A stretch of 64,000 nt of DNA, from positions 55,560 to 119,559 of the forward strand of contig CAWFXQ010000007.1 of assembly GCA_963819845.1 (NCBI GenBank), given 5' to 3'. The notes under the pieces are model-generated. The model did no database searches. It worked only from the letters and a program-made list of their open reading frames with translations, and was not told the DNA's origin. The position numbers and the translations under genes are program-made. Below, one piece after another: positions 30,187 to 40,086 of this stretch. The stretch comes from Miltoncostaeaceae bacterium. Lineage in GTDB: Bacteria; Actinomycetota; Thermoleophilia; Miltoncostaeales; Miltoncostaeaceae. Position 1 is the stretch's first letter; every line of letters begins with the position of its first letter.

Positions 30187-30438
30187 ATGGGATTCACCGA
30201 CGACGTACGGGACTACGCGAAACGCGCCGGGGACGCGGCCAAGAAGGGCGTCGATGCTGCGCGCGACAAGGGCCGCGAGCTCACCCTCAAGCGTCGTCAG
30301 AACTCCCTCGCCGCCGACCTCGGCCATATCGTCTTCCGCCAGCGCGAGGGCGAGTCCGGCCTCGACGCCGAGGTTAACCGCCTCGTGTCGGAGATGCGGG
30401 GCGTCCGCGCCGAGGCCGAGGCGCTGCACGACGACTGA
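30187..30438 (+). CDS. Small charged coiled-coil protein (83 aa)
   Basis: ORF preceded by GGGAAGGGAG, with good codon bias. No family recognised. Confidence 0.5.
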   Translation: MGFTDDVRDYAKRAGDAAKKGVDAARDKGRELTLKRRQNSLAADLGHIVFRQREGESGLDAEVNRLVSEMRGVRAEAEALHDD

Positions 30439-30450
30439 GCGTCGAGCTGG

Positions 30451-31481
<1,031 letters not shown>

Positions 31482-31488
31482 CGGCTCG

Positions 31489-32136
31489 TCAGCCCGCCCG
31501 GCGGTAGCGGAAGTGGGCCGCGGAGGGCGAGGCGAGCAGCTCGGTCGGCTGGTAGCGGGCCTGCCAGCCCGTGGGAAGGTCGAAGAGGCGCGCGCCGCCG
31601 CCCAGAAGCACCGGCGCGATGTGCACCTCCACGTCGTCGATCAGCCCGGCGGCGAGGTACTGGCCGGCGGCCGCCGCGCCGCCCCCCACGACGACGTCCT
31701 TCCCGCCGGCGGCGTTGACCGCCCGCTCGAGGGCGGCCTCGATGCCGCCGGTCACGAAGTGGAAGGTCGTGCCCCCGGCCATCTCCTGGGGCTCGCGGGG
31801 GTGGTGGGTGAGGACGAAGACGGGCGTGTGGAAGGGCGGATCGTCGCCCCACCAGCCGTTCCACGGCTCGTCGGCGCTCCACGGCCCCGGCCCGCCGCCG
31901 AACATGTTGCGGCCCATCACGGTCGCGCCGACGTTCTCGATGGCGCGCGCGGCGACCTCGTCGTTGACGTCCTCCGACCCGCCCGTCATCCCGTGGGCCG
32001 CCCGGAAGCTGCGGGTGGCGAAGGCCCAGTCGTGGAGGGCCTCGCCGCCGACGCCGAGGGGGTCCCGGACGCTCGGGTCCGGCCCGGCGACGTAGCCGTC
32101 GAGGGACATCGAGATGCTGAGCCTGAGCCGTGACAT
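31489..32136 (-). CDS. Dihydrofolate reductase-family protein (RibD C-terminal domain)
   Basis: [12 protein letters not shown]...VMGRNMF...VFVLTH...[32 protein letters not shown]. Confidence 0.85.
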   Translation of the reverse strand: MSRLRLSISMSLDGYVAGPDPSVRDPLGVGGEALHDWAFATRSFRAAHGMTGGSEDVNDEVAARAIENVGATVMGRNMFGGGPGPWSADEPWNGWWGDDPPFHTPVFVLTHHPREPQEMAGGTTFHFVTGGIEAALERAVNAAGGKDVVVGGGAAAAGQYLAAGLIDDVEVHIAPVLLGGGARLFDLPTGWQARYQPTELLASPSAAHFRYRRAG

Positions 32137-32201
32137 GCGGGCCTCCCCGTCGATTCCTGCCCATCCGACCGCCCGGCGGGCCCGAAGTCATCGCGCCGGC
32201 C

Positions 32202-33986
32202 CTACGGGCGCCGCTTCGGGGCCTTCAGGGTGACCGACCGCACCAGGCCGGAGGTGCCCAGGCGGCTGCGGGCCTGCACGGTGACCTGCACCGGGCCGGA
32301 GACGAGGGCCTTCCCGCGGCGGCGGTCCCAGACCACCGTCCGGCGCCCCTGGCGGAGGGGCCGGTTCCCCGCGAGGGTGGCGAGCGTCGCCCCCGACGAC
32401 GAGAGGACGCGCACGGTGACGCGGGCGGGCCGCAGCAGGCGGAAGCCGACCGCGAGGCGGCCGGTCGCCGCCTTCCCCGCGCCGCGCGTGGACGACCGGG
32501 CCGTGAGGGCCGAGAGCGTGCGGTCGAAGATGACCCGACGGCGCTGCTCGGTCTCCCCGCTGCCGTCGGCCGCGGTGAAGCGGGCGATCACGACGTAGAC
32601 CCCGTCGCCCAGGCGCAGGCGCTTGGGGTCGATCGTGACCTTCGCCGAGCCCGGGCCGAGCGGCCCCTGCCACAGGCGCTTCGTGGGGCGCCCGGTCCGG
32701 CGCGCGATGGTCACCGTCGCGGTGCCCGGCAGCGGCGACCGCACCACCGCGGTGGCCCGGTCGTCCACGTGGTCGGCGTTGGCCGACAGCCGGAAGGGCA
32801 GTGGCGTCAGCGTGACCCCGCTGTAGGAGAGCAGCAGGACGTCGGAGAGGCTCCGGGGGGTTGACCAGGGGATGACCAGATCCGTCCCGACGGCCAGCTG
32901 GGCGCTGCCGCCGGCGTCCATGGCGAAGGCGGTGGCCGCGCCGAGCGAGATCATCAGGCGGGCCTGGTCGGCGACCGTCAGGCCCGGGCTGCCCTGGGAG
33001 GGGCCCTCGGCCGTGACCAGCATCAGCGCCCCCGCCGCGGTCTGGCCGACCGCCGAGCGCGAGGTGCGCGCGCCGAGCTGGGACGAGGTGTAGCCCACCG
33101 ACGGCGGCGCCACGGCGGCGCCGCCCGACACCAGCCCGGGGCCGCCGCCGATGGCGTTCAGCGCGCCCGGGGGCAGGCCCAAGAGCCCCGGGGTGAGGGT
33201 GAGGGGCTGCCCGAGGGGGAACTCGGCGACGAGCGGGGGCCCCGACGAGCCGACCCCGCTCAGCACGACGTTGCCGGGGGTGATCGGCATGCCGCCCCCC
33301 GCCGCGGCCGCCACCACGGCGCCGGTGCGCACGAGGTTGGGCGTGAGCGGCCCGGGCTGGTCGAGCCGGACGCTCACCTCGTAGACCGAGCCGCTCTTCG
33401 GGGTGGCCGGGCCGTAGGTGGGCGTGTAGAGGATCGTCTCGCTGCCGCGCTGGGGCGGGCGGTTGATGCCGGCGAAGGCGCGGATGGCGAAGCGCCGGAC
33501 TCCCGTCGGGTTGACCGCCTGGAAGCGGCCCTGGAGCACCAGCCCGGCCGACTCGAGGACGCCGCTGGGCGGGATCACGAGCGCGGGGCGGCTGGCCTCG
33601 GGCTCGTGGATCAGGTCGCCGGCGATCAGCAGCGCGCCGCTCGGCGCGTTGGTGTCGTAGCTGAAGAAGTCCCCGTTCATGCCCACCACGGCGCCCTGGT
33701 CGAGCCGCGCCCCGACGGCGCCGGTCAGCGGGCCGCGCGCGACCGGCGAGCCGGCGGCCAGCGCCGGGGCCAGGCCCACGCGCGGCGACGGCGCGGATCG
33801 CACGACGTGCACGACCTGGTTCCCGTCGCGCACCAGCCGCTGGTAGCCGATGCCGGGCGCGACCTCGACGACCGCGGGCGGCCGCTCGGGCGGCAGCGCC
33901 TGGACGGGGCCGTCCGCGAGCGCCGGCGCGGCCCCGGCCGCGAGCGCCAGCAGGGCGAGGCCCAGGGTGGGGGACAGGTGCCTCAT
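32202..33986 (-). CDS. Secreted phosphodiester glycosidase (NAGPA/DUF2233) family protein with C-terminal Ig-like domains
   Basis: Signal peptide MRHLSPTLGLALLALAAGAAPALA. The core includes VVGMNGDFF...GALLIAGDL and RSAVGQTAAGALMLVT...AMDAGGS. The C-terminal region resembles FlgD-Ig. Confidence 0.75.
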   Translation of the reverse strand: MRHLSPTLGLALLALAAGAAPALADGPVQALPPERPPAVVEVAPGIGYQRLVRDGNQVVHVVRSAPSPRVGLAPALAAGSPVARGPLTGAVGARLDQGAVVGMNGDFFSYDTNAPSGALLIAGDLIHEPEASRPALVIPPSGVLESAGLVLQGRFQAVNPTGVRRFAIRAFAGINRPPQRGSETILYTPTYGPATPKSGSVYEVSVRLDQPGPLTPNLVRTGAVVAAAAGGGMPITPGNVVLSGVGSSGPPLVAEFPLGQPLTLTPGLLGLPPGALNAIGGGPGLVSGGAAVAPPSVGYTSSQLGARTSRSAVGQTAAGALMLVTAEGPSQGSPGLTVADQARLMISLGAATAFAMDAGGSAQLAVGTDLVIPWSTPRSLSDVLLLSYSGVTLTPLPFRLSANADHVDDRATAVVRSPLPGTATVTIARRTGRPTKRLWQGPLGPGSAKVTIDPKRLRLGDGVYVVIARFTAADGSGETEQRRRVIFDRTLSALTARSSTRGAGKAATGRLAVGFRLLRPARVTVRVLSSSGATLATLAGNRPLRQGRRTVVWDRRRGKALVSGPVQVTVQARSRLGTSGLVRSVTLKAPKRRP

Positions 33987-34046
33987 GGCGGGCACCCAAT
34001 CACGCGCCCCCGGACGGCCCAAGCGGGCCGGGCGTCGCCGGGGGTC

Positions 34047-34081
34047 GGCCAATTGGCCAAAGGCGCCACGGCCAATTGGCC
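34047..34081. repeat. Paired palindrome module, copy B: GGCCAATTGGCC-N11-GGCCAATTGGCC
   Basis: Two perfect 12-mers at 34047 and 34070, in the divergent intergenic region between the NAGPA-like gene (start 33986) and the histidine kinase. Confidence 0.9.
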
Positions 34082-34099
34082 GTCTGCGACACTGGCGGC

Positions 34100-35251
34100 G
34101 TGGTCGTCGCGCTGGTCCTGCTGGCGGTCGCGGTCGTCGCCGTCGGGCTCACCGGGCTCGTCGTCGCGCGCCGCCTCCGCGCCGATGCCCGGGCGGCCGA
34201 GGCGCGCGCCGAGCGCGCCGACGCCGAGATCGCGGTCGCCGAGCGCCGCAGCCGTCAGGTGCTCCAGGACCTGCCCTTCATCGCCCTGCGCGTCGACCGG
34301 GACGGGCGCCTGGTGGAGGCGAACCCGGTCGCCCTGGAGCGGTTCCCGTTCCTGGTCGCCGGGATGACGATGCTCGAGTCGTTCAGCGAGCACCGGCTGG
34401 CGCGGCGCGTGGGCCAGGCGCTGGACGACCTCTCGCGCCAGACCTTCGAGGTGCGCCTCTTCGCGGGCGGGCGCCGCACCTACCGGGCCGCGGTCGAGCC
34501 CTACGAGGTGGGCGACGCCCGGGAGGCGCTGGTGTTCCTCACCGACCAGAGCGAGGCCGTGGCCTACCAGGAGCTGCGCTCGCAGTTCGTCGCGAACGTC
34601 TCCCACGAGCTCCGCACCCCGCTCACCGGGCTCCGGGGACTGCTGGAGGCGCTCGACGACCCGCAGATGGACCCCGAGACGCGGCGCGACTTCGTGGCGC
34701 GGGCGGCGAGCGAGACCCAGCGGCTCGAGGCGCTGATCACCGACATCCTCTTCCTCTCGGAGCTGGAGACGACCCCGGGCCTGCCCTCCTCCTCGCGCAG
34801 CGACCTGGCCCAGGCGGCGACGGCCACGGTCGCCGACCTCCACGCGCTCGCCGAGGAGCACGGGGTGCGCCTCGAGGTCGACGCCGGCGGGCCGGCCTGG
34901 ACCCCCCTCACCGACCGGATGGCCGCGACGGTCGTGCGCAACCTCGTCGAGAACGCCGTCAAGTACGCCGGCCCCGGCGCCACGGCGTCGACGACCGTGA
35001 GCTCCGCCGACGGCTCCGTGACGCTGACCGTCGCCGACGACGGCGCCGGCATCCCGGAGCGTCACCTGCCGCACGTGTTCGAGCGCTTCTATCGCGCCGA
35101 CCCCTCGCGCTCGAAGCGCCTCGGCGGCACCGGCCTGGGCCTCTCGATCGTCAAGCACATCGCGGAACGATTCGGCGGCCGGGCCGAGGCCTCCTCCCGG
35201 GAGGGGTTCGGAACCACCGTCACCGTGACCCTCCCCGCCGAGGGGCCGTGA
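34100..35251 (+). CDS. Sensor histidine kinase (TM - PAS-like - HisKA - HATPase)
   Basis: H-box SHELRTPLTGL, N-box VENAVKYA, G1 DDGAGI, G2 GTGLGLSIV. Start is GTG 34100 or TTG 34076 (the latter lies inside the repeat). No response regulator is adjacent. Confidence 0.85.
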   Translation: MVVALVLLAVAVVAVGLTGLVVARRLRADARAAEARAERADAEIAVAERRSRQVLQDLPFIALRVDRDGRLVEANPVALERFPFLVAGMTMLESFSEHRLARRVGQALDDLSRQTFEVRLFAGGRRTYRAAVEPYEVGDAREALVFLTDQSEAVAYQELRSQFVANVSHELRTPLTGLRGLLEALDDPQMDPETRRDFVARAASETQRLEALITDILFLSELETTPGLPSSSRSDLAQAATATVADLHALAEEHGVRLEVDAGGPAWTPLTDRMAATVVRNLVENAVKYAGPGATASTTVSSADGSVTLTVADDGAGIPERHLPHVFERFYRADPSRSKRLGGTGLGLSIVKHIAERFGGRAEASSREGFGTTVTVTLPAEGP

Positions 35252-35270
35252 TAGCGTCCCGCGCCGCCTG

Positions 35271-36374
35271 ATGGCCGTTCCCCTCATGGACATCCAGGCC
35301 CAGTACGGGCCGCTGCGCGCGGAGATCGACGCCGCCATCGCCGGCGTGCTCGACAGCGGCCGCTTCATCCTCGGGCCCGAGGGCCGGGCGCTCGAGGCGG
35401 CGGTGTCCGGGCGGCTCGGAGGCCGCCCCGCGGTCGGCGTGGCGAACGGGACCGACGCCCTGGTCCTCGCCCTCCACGCCCTCGGCGTCGGCCCGGGCCA
35501 CGAGGTGGTCACGACGCCCTACACGTTCTACGCCACCGCCGAGGCGATCGCGCGCGTCGGGGCGACGCCGGTCTTCGCCGACATCGACCCGGTCACCTAC
35601 TGCCTCGACCCGGCCGCCGCGCAGGCGCGGATCGGCCCGGCGACGAGGGCGATCCTGCCGGTCCACATCTTCGGGCATCCGGCCGACATGGCCGCGATCT
35701 GCGACCTGGCCGCGTCGCACGGCCTGGCCGTCGTGGAGGACGCCGCCCAGGCCTTCGGCGCCGCGACCGGCGAGGGGGAGGTCGGGACCTTCGGCGACGC
35801 GGCCACCTTCAGCTTCTTCCCCACCAAGAACTTCCCCGGCATGGGCGACGGCGGGATGGTGGTGTGCCGCGACGAGGACCTGGCCGAGCGGGTGCGCCGG
35901 CTGCGGTTCCACGGGTCGGCCGACAAGGTGGTGTTCGAGGAGGTCGGCTACAACTCGCGCCTCGACGACCTGCAGGCCGCGATCATCCGGGTCTTCTACC
36001 CGCACCTCGACGACTGGAACGCCCGCCGTGCCCGGGCGGCCGCCTGGTACGCGGACGAGGGCTTGGGCGAGCACGCGGCCCTGCCGGGGGTCGCCCCGGG
36101 GGCGCGTCACATCTACCACCTCTTCATGGCCCGCCACCCGCGGCGCGACGAGCTGCGGGCGGCCCTGGCGGAGGCGGGGGTCGGCAGCGCCGTCTACTAC
36201 GGCATCCCCATGCACCTGCAGCCCGTGTTCGCCCACCTGGGGTACGCGCAGGGCAGCCTGCCGGTGGCCGAGGAGTGCGCCCGCACGGCGCTCGCCCTGC
36301 CGATGCACCCGAACCTGACCCGCGAGGACGTCGCGGCGGTGGCCGCCGCGGCCGGGGTGAGTCAGCCGGTCTGA
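35271..36374 (+). CDS. DegT/DnrJ/EryC1/StrS-family sugar aminotransferase
   Basis: Motifs: FILGPE, ANGTDAL, ATFSFFPTKN (PLP lysine), YNSRLD. Confidence 0.9.
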   Translation: MAVPLMDIQAQYGPLRAEIDAAIAGVLDSGRFILGPEGRALEAAVSGRLGGRPAVGVANGTDALVLALHALGVGPGHEVVTTPYTFYATAEAIARVGATPVFADIDPVTYCLDPAAAQARIGPATRAILPVHIFGHPADMAAICDLAASHGLAVVEDAAQAFGAATGEGEVGTFGDAATFSFFPTKNFPGMGDGGMVVCRDEDLAERVRRLRFHGSADKVVFEEVGYNSRLDDLQAAIIRVFYPHLDDWNARRARAAAWYADEGLGEHAALPGVAPGARHIYHLFMARHPRRDELRAALAEAGVGSAVYYGIPMHLQPVFAHLGYAQGSLPVAEECARTALALPMHPNLTREDVAAVAAAAGVSQPV

Positions 36375-37388
36375 CCGAGGGCGCCCGCGCGGCGCGCGCT
36401 GAGGTGCCCCGCCTCGTACAGCCAGCGGACCGTGTCGCGGACCGACTCCTCCGCGGGCCGGAACGGGACGTCGAGCTCGCGGGCCGTCGCCGAGCCGTCG
36501 GCCGAGCCGTCCTGGCTCGCGGCCCAGGAGGCCTCGCGGGAGGGCAGGAGGTCGACGCCCAGCCGGCCGAGCGCCTGGCCCAGCGCCCCGCTGGCCGCGG
36601 CCACCGGGGCGGGGACGGTCGCGATCGGCAGGTGCCGTCCGGTGACCCGCACGACGGTGCGCATGACCTCGGCGACGGGCACGCTCTCGCCGGCGGCGAC
36701 GTGGCGCCGGGGCCCGCCCCCCGGCGAGGCGAGGGCCGCGTGGACGGCGGCCACGTCGCGCACGTCGCTCATCGGCACGATCCCGGGCGGCAGGGCCGGC
36801 AGCCGCCCCGCCAGCGCGGCGAGGGCGACCTGGGAGCTCTCGCCGAGATGCGGGTCGTGCGGCCCCCATACCATGCCCGGATAGGTGATCGCGACCGGGG
36901 CGCCCTCGTCCTGCAGGGCGCGGGCGACGGCCTCGGAGGCCGCCTTCGAGCCGGTGTAGGGGTGGGGCGAGGTCCCGACGGGCGACGTCTCGTCGAGCGG
37001 CCGGCCGGTGAGGTTGGGGATGAGGGCGCCGTAGCTCGACACGTGGACGATCGGGTCGAGGCCGGCCTCGGCGGCCGCCCGCAGCACGCCCTCCGTCCCC
37101 GGGACGTTGACGCGGCGGATCTCGTCCGCGCGCCGGGGAGAGCGAGTAGACGCTCGCGGCGTGGACCACGGCGTCGCAGCCGGCGACCGCGGCGCGCACC
37201 GCCCCCGGATCGGTGACGTCGCCGGGCACGACCTCGACCTCGCCGGGATCGATCCCCACCGGGAGCAGGGCCGGGGCGACGCGGCCGGGCGACCTCACGA
37301 GCAGGCGCAGCTCGTGCCCGGCCTCCCGCAGGGCCGCGACGGTGTGGCAGCCGACGAACCCGGTGCCCCCGGTCACGAGGATCCTCAC
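36362..37388 (-). pseudogene. NAD-dependent epimerase/dehydratase, 1 frameshift (~37134)
   Basis: The N-terminus VRILVTGGTGFVGCH...VVHAASVYSLSP is in the ORF 35220 frame. The rest, RADEIRRVNVPGTEGVLRAAAEAGLDPIVHVSS...YTGSK..., is in the ORF 36362..37087 frame. GTG 37388 overlaps the upstream stop (GTGA). Confidence 0.8.
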
Positions 37389-38797
37389 GGGAGCGCCTCG
37401 GGCGCCCCCCGGTGCGCTGTGAGGAGCGCCGCGACCGTGCGGTCGATGTCCGCCTCGCCCGTGCGCCAGCTCGTCACCGACAGCCGGGCGGCGGCCACGC
37501 CACGCCACGTCGTCCCGCTGGGGTAGCAGGTGCCCTCGGCCTGGGCCGCCGCGACGACGGCCCGGGTGTGGGCGTCGTCGTCGCGCCCGGCCGGGTCGGC
37601 GAACCGCACCACGACCTGGTTCAGGTCCTGGTGCAGCACCTCGGCGCCGTCGGCCGCGGCGAGGCGGGCGGCCGCGCGCTCGGCCATCCGGCAGCAGCGC
37701 TCCACCAGCTCCGCGACCCCGCGCCGGCCGAGGTGGCGGAGCGCGGCCCAGACGGGCACCGACCGGGCCCGCCGCGACAGCTCGGGGTTGTAGTCGATCG
37801 GATCGCGCAGGCCGGCGTCGTCGCCGTCGGGCAGGTAGGCGGCCCGCACCCCCATGGCCCGGCGGTGCGCGTCCGGGTGGGCGCAGACGGCGATGCCGCA
37901 GTCGTAGGGCGTGTTCAGCCACTTGTGCGCGTCGGTCGCCCACGAGTCGGCCCGCTCGGCCCCCTCCACGAGGTGCCGGTAGGCCGGGGCGGCTCGTGCC
38001 CAGAGGCCGAAGGCGCCGTTGACGTGCACCCAGAGGTCGTCGCGGGCGACGCGGTCGACGACCTCGGCCACGGCGTCGACCGCTCCGCCGTTCACGTTCC
38101 CGGCCTGGAGGCAGACGATCGTCGGGCCGCGCCGGCCGGCCGCCGCCGCGGCGAGGGCGTCCGGCCGCACCCGCCCGGCGTCGTCGCACGCCACGGCGTG
38201 CGCCGTGCCGGTGCCGAGGCCCAGCGCGCGCAGGGCGGCGTCGATCGAGTCGTGGCGCTGCTCCCCCACCAGCACGCCCACCCGCGGCGCGCCCTGGAGG
38301 CCCGCCTCCTCGACGTCCCAGCCGTGGGCGGCGAGCACGTGGTTGCGCGCCGCGGCGAGGCACGACGTGTTGGCCATCTGCCCGCCGGTCACGAAGCCGA
38401 CGGACGCCCCCCGGGGCAGGTCGAGAAGGTCGAGCACCCAGCCCGCCGCGACCTGCTCGATCATGGTGGTCGCGGGGAAGGGCTCGGACATCGCCGAGTT
38501 CTGGTCCCAGGCGCTCACCAGCCAGTCGGCCGCGATCGCGACCGGCAGGGTCCCGCCGATCACCCAGCCGTGGAAGCGCCCCGACCCGGACGCCATGAGC
38601 CCGGGCTCGGCGCGCCGGGCGAGGTCGCGCACGACCTCGGCGGCGGGCGCGCCCTCCTCGGGCAGGGGCTCGTCGAAGGCGGCGAGCATGGCGCGGGCTC
38701 CGGCCGCCGGGCGCACCGGGCGCCCGGGCAGGCTCTCCAGCCAGTCGCGGGCCGCGCCTGCGGCGACGGCCAGGACCGATTCGTCTGCGGCGCTCAT
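37385..38797 (-). CDS. PLP-dependent group II decarboxylase-like protein
   Basis: GGQMANTSCL, ...HVNGAFG..., SWATDAHKWLNTPYDCG (PLP lysine). Start taken as MSAADES. Confidence 0.85.
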   Translation of the reverse strand: MSAADESVLAVAAGAARDWLESLPGRPVRPAAGARAMLAAFDEPLPEEGAPAAEVVRDLARRAEPGLMASGSGRFHGWVIGGTLPVAIAADWLVSAWDQNSAMSEPFPATTMIEQVAAGWVLDLLDLPRGASVGFVTGGQMANTSCLAAARNHVLAAHGWDVEEAGLQGAPRVGVLVGEQRHDSIDAALRALGLGTGTAHAVACDDAGRVRPDALAAAAAGRRGPTIVCLQAGNVNGGAVDAVAEVVDRVARDDLWVHVNGAFGLWARAAPAYRHLVEGAERADSWATDAHKWLNTPYDCGIAVCAHPDAHRRAMGVRAAYLPDGDDAGLRDPIDYNPELSRRARSVPVWAALRHLGRRGVAELVERCCRMAERAAARLAAADGAEVLHQDLNQVVVRFADPAGRDDDAHTRAVVAAAQAEGTCYPSGTTWRGVAAARLSVTSWRTGEADIDRTVAALLTAHRGAPEALP

Positions 38798-39066
38798 CCG
38801 TCCACTTCTACACCCCCGGGGGGCCTCTCGGGCGGGCATCTCGGAGGGCGAATCGGCGGTTGACCGCCGCGGCCCGTCCGTCGCTCAATGCTCCGCAACC
38901 GGATCCCGGGGGTGGATCGCGAGCCGGCGGCCGGCGGCCGGCTGACCTGCCGGTTCGCGTTCGGCGGCGACAAGTGACCGCCGCGCGCTCGCTCACCAAG
39001 GCACCGAGGGGCGAGGGGCTGACGGGCCCGGCGGCCCGAGGCGCCGCCCTTCTAAACTCGGCGCCG

Positions 39067-40086
39067 GTGAGGGTCTGGGTTGACATCACGAACTCCCCCC
39101 ATGCCGTGATCTTCCGCCCCCTGATCGCGCGGATGGCGGCGCGCGGCCACGAGGTGACCGTCACCTCGCGGGAGTTCGCCCAGACCGTCGGCCTGCTCGA
39201 CCGGTTCGGTATCGCGCACACCGTGGTGGGCGCCCACGGCGGCGCCTCGCGACGGGGCAAGGCGCGCGCGATGGCGGGCCGGTCGGCCGCCCTGGCCGGC
39301 TTCGCGCGCGAGGGCCGCTTCGACCTGGCCGTGGCCCACGGGAGCACCGACCAGCCGCTCGCCGCGCGCCTGGCCGGCACCCCCCAGGTGACGATGTTCG
39401 ACTACGAGCACGCGGCGGCCATGCACCACTGGAACGGCAGGCTCGCGAGCCGCGTGCTGGTGCCCGCGGCGATCCCGGAGGAGGCCCTCAGCCGCTACGG
39501 CATGCGCCCTCCGCGGCTGGTCCGGTACCCGGGTCTGAAGGAGGAGTACTACCTCGCCGACCACGCGGTTGACCCGGGCGTCATCGACGAGCTGGGGCTG
39601 GATCGCGAGCGCGTCGTGGCCGTCGTGCGACCGCCGCCCGAGGTCACCCTCTACCACCGCGGGGCGGGCACGGAGCTCTTCGCGGCGACCCTCGAGCGGC
39701 TGCTGGCGGCGCCGGAGGCGCAGACCGTGGTGCTGCCGCGCACCCAGGAGCAGCGGCAGGCGCTCGCGGGCCGCCCCGCGATCGTCCCCGAGCGGCCGGT
39801 CGACGGGCCGAGCCTGGTGGCGGCGGCCGACCTGGTGGTGAGCGCGGGGGGGACGATGAACCGCGAGGCCGCGGCCCTCGGCGTGCCCGCCTACACCCCC
39901 TTCGCCGCCCGGCTGGGCGCGGTCGACCGGCGCCTGATCGCCGAGGGGCGCCTGACCCGGCTCGAGCGGCCCGAGGACGTCGCCATCGTTCGCACGGAGC
40001 GGGGCCCGGCGCCGCCCCTGCGCGACCCCGAGGCCCTGCTGGACCTGATTCTCGGCGCGGGCCGCGCTAGGGTGGACCGCTCGTGA
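39067..40086 (+). CDS. DUF354 protein (GT-B-like, uncharacterised)
   Basis: VRVWVDITNSPHAVIFRPLIARMAARGHEV...VVSAGGTMNREAAALGVPAYT matches the DUF354 family pattern. Confidence 0.8.
   Translation: MRVWVDITNSPHAVIFRPLIARMAARGHEVTVTSREFAQTVGLLDRFGIAHTVVGAHGGASRRGKARAMAGRSAALAGFAREGRFDLAVAHGSTDQPLAARLAGTPQVTMFDYEHAAAMHHWNGRLASRVLVPAAIPEEALSRYGMRPPRLVRYPGLKEEYYLADHAVDPGVIDELGLDRERVVAVVRPPPEVTLYHRGAGTELFAATLERLLAAPEAQTVVLPRTQEQRQALAGRPAIVPERPVDGPSLVAAADLVVSAGGTMNREAAALGVPAYTPFAARLGAVDRRLIAEGRLTRLERPEDVAIVRTERGPAPPLRDPEALLDLILGAGRARVDRS

Noticed and set aside
38840-39066. ncRNA or riboswitch in the 227-bp divergent intergenic region (contains CGGCGGT-TG-ACCGCCG)
   Set aside because: There is only one short palindrome and no recognisable riboswitch core. 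The region is most simply two back-to-back promoters.
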